This document shows, piece by piece, positions 63,630-64,000 of a stretch of DNA of 64,000 nucleotides. The stretch spans positions 51,596-115,595 of the forward strand of contig JAHLWZ010000193.1 in the NCBI GenBank assembly GCA_020536535.1. The letters are read 5' to 3'. The notes beneath the pieces were generated by a model. That model was not told the origin of the DNA, searched no databases, and was given only the letters and a program-made list of their open reading frames with translations. Positions within the stretch are counted from its first letter, which is position 1, and each line of letters opens with the position of its first letter. This DNA is from Pelomyxa schiedti. Taxonomy: Eukaryota > Protista > Evosea. A program made the position numbers and the translations under genes.

Positions 63630-64000
63630 TCATCTAGGAAGATAAACCAGTGAATTTAGTTGGTGTTGTGTTTGCAGTCCCAACATTATGCCCATGCCTT
63701 GGTCATTCTGCTGCAAATCCCATTGCTCAAAAGTACCACCTGAACAATACCTAGCTTTAAATGAGGTTCTCCAAATGGTTCCTTGTGCCGCACAAGGCAC
63801 AGTACAGTAAAAAAGAGTTGTGTACCACAAATGTAAGAAGGAAAGAGGAAAAAAGGTAAGAGGGGTAACCACCAAAACAGGCCACGCGTGGCCTGTTTTG
63901 GTGGAGAAGGAGATGGGTGAGTGAATCAGTGGGGGTGAGGGTAGGGTAAGGAAGGTGAGTGCACATTGCCAGAAGAGAAAAGACACTTTGGAAGGGTTTT
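63630..64000 (-). CDS. 3' end of an unidentified spliced gene that runs off the window
   Basis: Minus-strand pyrimidine-rich introns and an open terminal frame ending LVYLPR* at 63630. Confidence 0.4.
   Translation of the reverse strand, partial: NPSKVSFLFWQCALTFLTLPSPPLIHSPISFSTKTGHAWPVLVVTPLTFFPLSFLHLWYTTLFYCTVPCAAQGTIWRTSFKARYCSGGTFEQWDLQQNDQGMGIMLGLQTQHQLNSLVYLPR
63869..63904. repeat. Perfect 36-bp palindrome CCACCAAAACAGGCCACGCGTGGCCTGTTTTGGTGG
   Basis: The sequence equals its own reverse complement. Confidence 0.95.

Noticed and set aside
1-64000. Alternative genetic code (stop reassignment) suggested by the TAA at 39154
   Set aside because: TAA, TAG and TGA all terminate well-supported genes here, and the other apparent internal stops I checked resolve as introns.

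Overview
This is eukaryotic, extremely gene-dense genomic DNA: about 26 spliced protein-coding genes in 64 kb. Most introns are short (~35-60 nt), intergenic gaps are often only 40-150 bp, and first exons are GC-rich and encode low-complexity sequence. A CudA-like factor, a CARMIL-like protein and the compact introns point to an amoebozoan protist, possibly an archamoeba (inference). The unspliced ORF track fragments or misses most genes, so I rebuilt gene models by eye from splice sites and protein motifs; exon boundaries are approximate. I saw no rRNA, tRNA, CRISPR array or transposase. The most notable items are: (1) a ~271-aa metallothionein-like protein, absent from the ORF track, with ~73 Cys in its last ~193 aa and a C-terminal CaaX box (CTIL); (2) a FYVE-PH-LRR-polyPro-WH2-C/A protein that is a candidate endosomal actin nucleation factor; (3) bacterial-type genes that carry introns (M23 peptidoglycan peptidase, SorE-like dehydrogenase, beta-helix adhesin with a 3.9-kb single exon); (4) a U-box/TPR gene bracketed by inverted repeats, next to a structured RNA-like element; (5) an in-frame TAA in a WW-RING ligase gene, several GC-AG introns and a perfect 36-bp palindrome over a putative micro-exon.
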